From Eledone cirrhosa (lineage: Eukaryota): a stretch of DNA of 64,000 nucleotides. The first letter of the stretch is position 1, and every line of letters starts with the position of its first letter. Positions 62,435 through 64,000 of this stretch are shown one piece after another. The stretch spans positions 29,140,001 through 29,204,000 of the forward strand of contig OZ024744.1 of assembly GCA_964016885.1 (NCBI GenBank), read 5' to 3'. Under the pieces are notes generated by a model, which worked only from the letters and a program-made list of their open reading frames with translations, did no database searches and was not told the origin of the DNA. The position numbers and the translations under genes were made by a program.

Positions 62435-62516
62435 CATCTATATTAAAACTGTTATACTCTGCTATGTATTGAGTACCTTACTTACTGTGGTTACCTCCGA
62501 TTCAACCCGGAATAAC

Positions 62517-63400
<884 letters not shown>

Positions 63401-63645
63401 GGAAAACAGTGTAAAACTCTAGCAGAACCGTCCTCATTTCTTCAACCGAACCATCATCTATCATCCCTCACACCAACATCCCAACCCACCCATGCCAACT
63501 CCCCAAGACAACAAACTCCGTCAGTTATTAAGAACCACTTAACATTTCATCGACATCCAATTATCCTCCCTTATTTCATCTTAAATCATCATTTAGCAAT
63601 GGCATTAACATCACCGCCAAACTCTTTTAAACTATTCTTTCAACC

Positions 63646-63828
63646 GGTGGATTGACAGAATCGGTAGAGGGCCGGACACCATGCTTTGCAGAATAGAGTT
63701 ATGGCCGTATACGTTCTGAGTTCAAGTCCCGCCGAGGTTAGCATTGCCTTTCATCCTTACGGAATCGATAAAATAATGTACCAGTAATTCACTGGGGTAA
63801 TTGCTAGCCTTGTACCAAAAGTAGAAAC
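63646..63828 (+). mobile_element. Full-length copy of the tRNA-derived SINE with (ATT)n tail
   Basis: A and B boxes and core as in 40094-40274. Confidence 0.88.
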
Positions 63829-63930
63829 ATTATCATTATCATCATTATTATTATTTTATTATTATTATTATTGTTGTTGTTGTTGTTGTTTACACGCAAA
63901 ACCTCCACACCAACACACACACACACGCAC

Positions 63931-64000
63931 TCTGTGTTTTCATCCTGTACTGTCATAATGTTTTAGTTGATGTAAACCCTTTGTGGTTAATAAAGAAATC
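63931..64000 (+). mobile_element. Extreme 3' end of a T1/T2-type Tx1-like element
   Basis: CCTGTACTGTC..TGTAAACCCTTTGTGGTTAATAAAGAAATC matches the reverse complement of 7883-7940. Confidence 0.75.

Overview
Eukaryotic (animal) repeat DNA with no host gene detected. The microsatellite load and SINE type suggest a mollusc, possibly a cephalopod (inference only). Positions 1-45.4 kb are a wall-to-wall array of non-LTR retrotransposons inserted into (AAT)n microsatellites, with strict polarity. On the + strand lie 13 copies or fragments of R4/Dong-like RT+RLE elements (families A and B; two full-length copies keep an intact 1130-aa ORF). On the - strand lie 6 copies or fragments of Tx1/L1-like APE+RT elements. 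A near-identical 9.34-kb tandem duplication lies inside the array. Main observations: (1) the full-length RLE element carries a 5' leader built like the Tx1-type leaders; (2) two Tx1-like copies share ORF2 but have different 5'UTR/ORF1; (3) a conserved GTAAGT..CAG micro-intron candidate would fuse ORF1 to ORF2 in frame; (4) an orphan Tx1 5' end points antisense into RLE-element RT sequence. The right part holds a degenerate RLE element at a (CATA)n array, an RTE-like fragment, an internally deleted Helitron, tRNA-derived SINEs, and Penelope-like remnants in (TA)n arrays with several hammerhead ribozymes and fold-back palindromes.
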